64,000 nucleotides of DNA from assembly GCA_052426225.1 (NCBI GenBank), contig JBNJNM010000011.1:3162001-3226000 (forward strand), written 5' to 3'. The DNA comes from Zancudomyces culisetae HAW-14-8 (taxonomy: Eukaryota > Fungi > Kickxellomycota). The position numbers and the translations under genes are program-made. Shown piece by piece: positions 61,454-64,000 of the stretch (within the stretch, counting starts at the first letter, position 1; the number at the start of each line of letters is the position of its first letter). The notes under the pieces were generated by a model. That model had not been told where the DNA came from. It searched no databases and saw only the letters and a program-made list of their open reading frames with translations.

Positions 61454-62971
61454 CTATTGATGAGGGGAAAAGGCTATCAAAGAGTAAAAAAGTCCAGAGA
61501 CTAGACCAGCGGCTGGAAGAGTCATGGCCCAGGAGAAAAAGCAAAATGCATACATTCTCCAATTAACAGCATGGATATCGCCATTGCAAAGACCTACACC
61601 GGCCATTGAACCAGTAATACAGTGTGTTGTCGAAATTGGAAGGCTTAGTTTTGAAGCGGTTACAACAGTGAGAGAAGTACCCAATTCGGCACAGAAGGCT
61701 CTGCTTGCGGTAGTATATGTAATATTGTTTCCAAGCGATCGCATGATGTGGTATCCATACAAAACAAGGCCACAATCAATACCAAAACTACCAAAGGCCA
61801 AAACCCAGGTTGGAACTGGACTCTCTGACCCTGGAATCGAACCCTTTTGCCAGACTTGATATATGGTCGCATATGGGCCAACAGCATTAGCCACGTCATT
61901 GGAACCGTGAGCAAAGGATGCAGCCACGGCAGAGAGAATTTGGATAAAATTAAACAAGTACTCAGTTTGGTCGTCAAACTTTTCGGCCCTTTCGTGCATA
62001 TCGTAAAGGTTTTCATTGTCCAAATTCCTCACATCCTTATTTACGCCATGCAACAAGAACCCTTTGACCCTGGAAAATATACCTTTTTCTTGAGAAACCT
62101 GTCGGGTGGAATAAGGCGGGCGAGATTCGTCTCTAATGCCTTGTTTTTCGATGTCTGATCGTACCACAGGTGGTGCTCTGTATTTGATGAATGGTGCAAG
62201 TGGAATATGATACCACTTCAGATCTTCCTTTTTAAGAATCTTTCTCTCTAGCCATTTTGCATAAAAAATGTATGAAAGGATAGAAACACCCCCGGCAACT
62301 ACTGCTGCCACCCAAAGTATTTTTCTAGAAGGCCAGTTATTCTTTTGAGTGTTTGGACGACTCCGGTACAATATTAACGACATGTTAACAAAAAATGCCA
62401 AGAAGAAGTAGAATGGGATAGCGACAAGTCCTCTTCTAAAACTATTTTCACTTCTGAGAACGAGATACTTGGTCAGCAAAAATATAATTGCAGAAACTAT
62501 TGCAGCAATAACTGGTGATAAAAACCAACTGCTAATGATCTTGGAAACACCATTCCAGCCCCAAACAACAGCGTCTTTTCCAAATGCAGCAATACCCATA
62601 CCCATAACAGCTCCCGTTATCGAGTGTGTTGTGGAAACTGGCCACCCCCAGGTAGTGGCAAAGATTACCCATGCTGCAGATCCAGCAACCGATGTCATCA
62701 TACCCAGCATCAAAAGATCTGGCCTACCTTCGAAGTAGCTGAGCTTTACAATTCCTCCTCGGATTGTTTCCGCGGTATTTGCTCCCAAAAGAAAAGCACC
62801 CAAAAACTCTGTAAAAATAGCAACAACACACGCTTGTTTTAAGCTCAGTGTTCCGGAACTGACCGATGTAGCAAAACTATTGGCTACATCATTAGCTCCT
62901 ATCCCAAAAGCATCGCAAAATGCGAATATCGTACCAAGTATAAATATCTGGGTGTATTCATGCGTTGCCAT
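61454..62971 (-). CDS. PHO89: PiT-family Na+/phosphate symporter
   Basis: Twin PiT signatures GANDVANSF and HGSNDVANA, plus PVSTTHS and PISTTHC; multi-TM. Confidence 0.93.
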   Translation of the reverse strand: MATHEYTQIFILGTIFAFCDAFGIGANDVANSFATSVSSGTLSLKQACVVAIFTEFLGAFLLGANTAETIRGGIVKLSYFEGRPDLLMLGMMTSVAGSAAWVIFATTWGWPVSTTHSITGAVMGMGIAAFGKDAVVWGWNGVSKIISSWFLSPVIAAIVSAIIFLLTKYLVLRSENSFRRGLVAIPFYFFLAFFVNMSLILYRSRPNTQKNNWPSRKILWVAAVVAGGVSILSYIFYAKWLERKILKKEDLKWYHIPLAPFIKYRAPPVVRSDIEKQGIRDESRPPYSTRQVSQEKGIFSRVKGFLLHGVNKDVRNLDNENLYDMHERAEKFDDQTEYLFNFIQILSAVAASFAHGSNDVANAVGPYATIYQVWQKGSIPGSESPVPTWVLAFGSFGIDCGLVLYGYHIMRSLGNNITYTTASRAFCAELGTSLTVVTASKLSLPISTTHCITGSMAGVGLCNGDIHAVNWRMYAFCFFSWAMTLPAAGLVSGLFYSLIAFSPHQ

Positions 62972-64000
62972 TTTTTTAACGTGTACTCCGTTAGTATATT
63001 ATCGGTTCTGGTTGTTACTTTTCGATTGGAAAGATTATTGTTCGTTCAAAATTTCCTTTTTTAAAAGAAATCTCTGGAAAGGCTATGATATAAGTTTGCG
63101 TTTTTGGCAATTTTCTCTTTCTCTTTTCCCCGTTGAATATTTTGACTTTGGATTTGCAATTTTCTTTGTGATTTATTACTTTTTTCTAAGGTGCTTTTCT
63201 CGCTATTTAAGCACTGGATTTGTGATAATTTTGTTATAGCCGACACACTATTTTTTTGGTCAGCTATTTGTAGATTCGTTTGATAACTAGTTGTTTCAAA
63301 TTTATTATACAAGTGTTCAAAGATTGAACGCAGTCGTATTAGTATATTACACTTCTAACGTTTAATGAAATCGCTTTTACTTAATGTCTGGAACAAATAA
63401 CTGATCAACTAGCAAAAAAAAATCGTATATACACATATACAAATTACATGTTAATGCATTACAAACTGCTGTTACTTTATTGAAGCTCTTTTTGGATTTT
63501 GCCAACGCTTGAACAGGATTGGCATCACTACATCTTTCCACCTTTTTCGCATTTTCACATCGTCTTGTCACCCATTTAAACCCGCACGTGTGATAATTTC
63601 AATAAAATTACCTTTATCCAATCGAATCAAATTCATTGATCTCTATTTTTCTAGATGCTCATACCAATCATCTATTCGCTGGTATGAAGTTTTCTTCTCA
63701 TTGATTTTATTTTTACATAATACCAATCTCTTACCCACAAACACCACCTATTTATTTCTAAACATTTTAAAATCACGGAGAAATAGACCAGAGTGTTTGA
63801 GTGCTTCGCTATTCTTTTGTACTCATTTTCTACCAATAAATGGTATAAAACAACACTGAGATTAGAAGTCCACCCGACTTTAGTCTTTGTATTAAACCAA
63901 CACAGACATCAAAGTCTATCTTTGTGTTTTGATATTTCTGTCTCTTTAAACTGATCAAGGACATTGTATACCAGATGGTTATATTGTAGACGATATTTCC

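Overview
AT-rich, gene-dense eukaryotic DNA with short GT-AG introns. The genes are fungal-type, and an early-diverging fungus such as Zoopagomycota/Harpellales is my inference, not shown. I support about 22 protein genes, mostly housekeeping: PHO8, alpha-arrestin, FIT/Scs3, THG1, ERG9, a GT69 mannosyltransferase, UFD1, eIF3h, a CLC transporter, a 10-exon RTT103-like gene missing from the ORF track, ADK1, a coiled-coil protein, a RhoGEF, calcipressin, RSM25, RPL22, OCT1, a Crb2/Rad9-like BRCT protein, an HbrB/Bit61-like protein, ERO1 and PHO89. Three items stand out. (1) A 1073-aa single-ORF protein joins a BED zinc finger to an arsenite-methyltransferase (AS3MT/ArsM) fold. Its SAM-binding motif is intact, but both core arsenic-binding cysteines are replaced by Asn, and a long N/S/T-rich tail follows, suggesting a repurposed DNA-tethered methyltransferase or ligand-sensing regulator. 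(2) A U1 snRNA gene has stem-loop 4 expanded into a ~147-nt G-U-rich rod capped by a cUUCGg loop. (3) A 5'-truncated tRNA-Lys(CTT) retrocopy carries CCA, an A-tail and a 15-bp target-site duplication. All alignments and RNA folds were done by eye.
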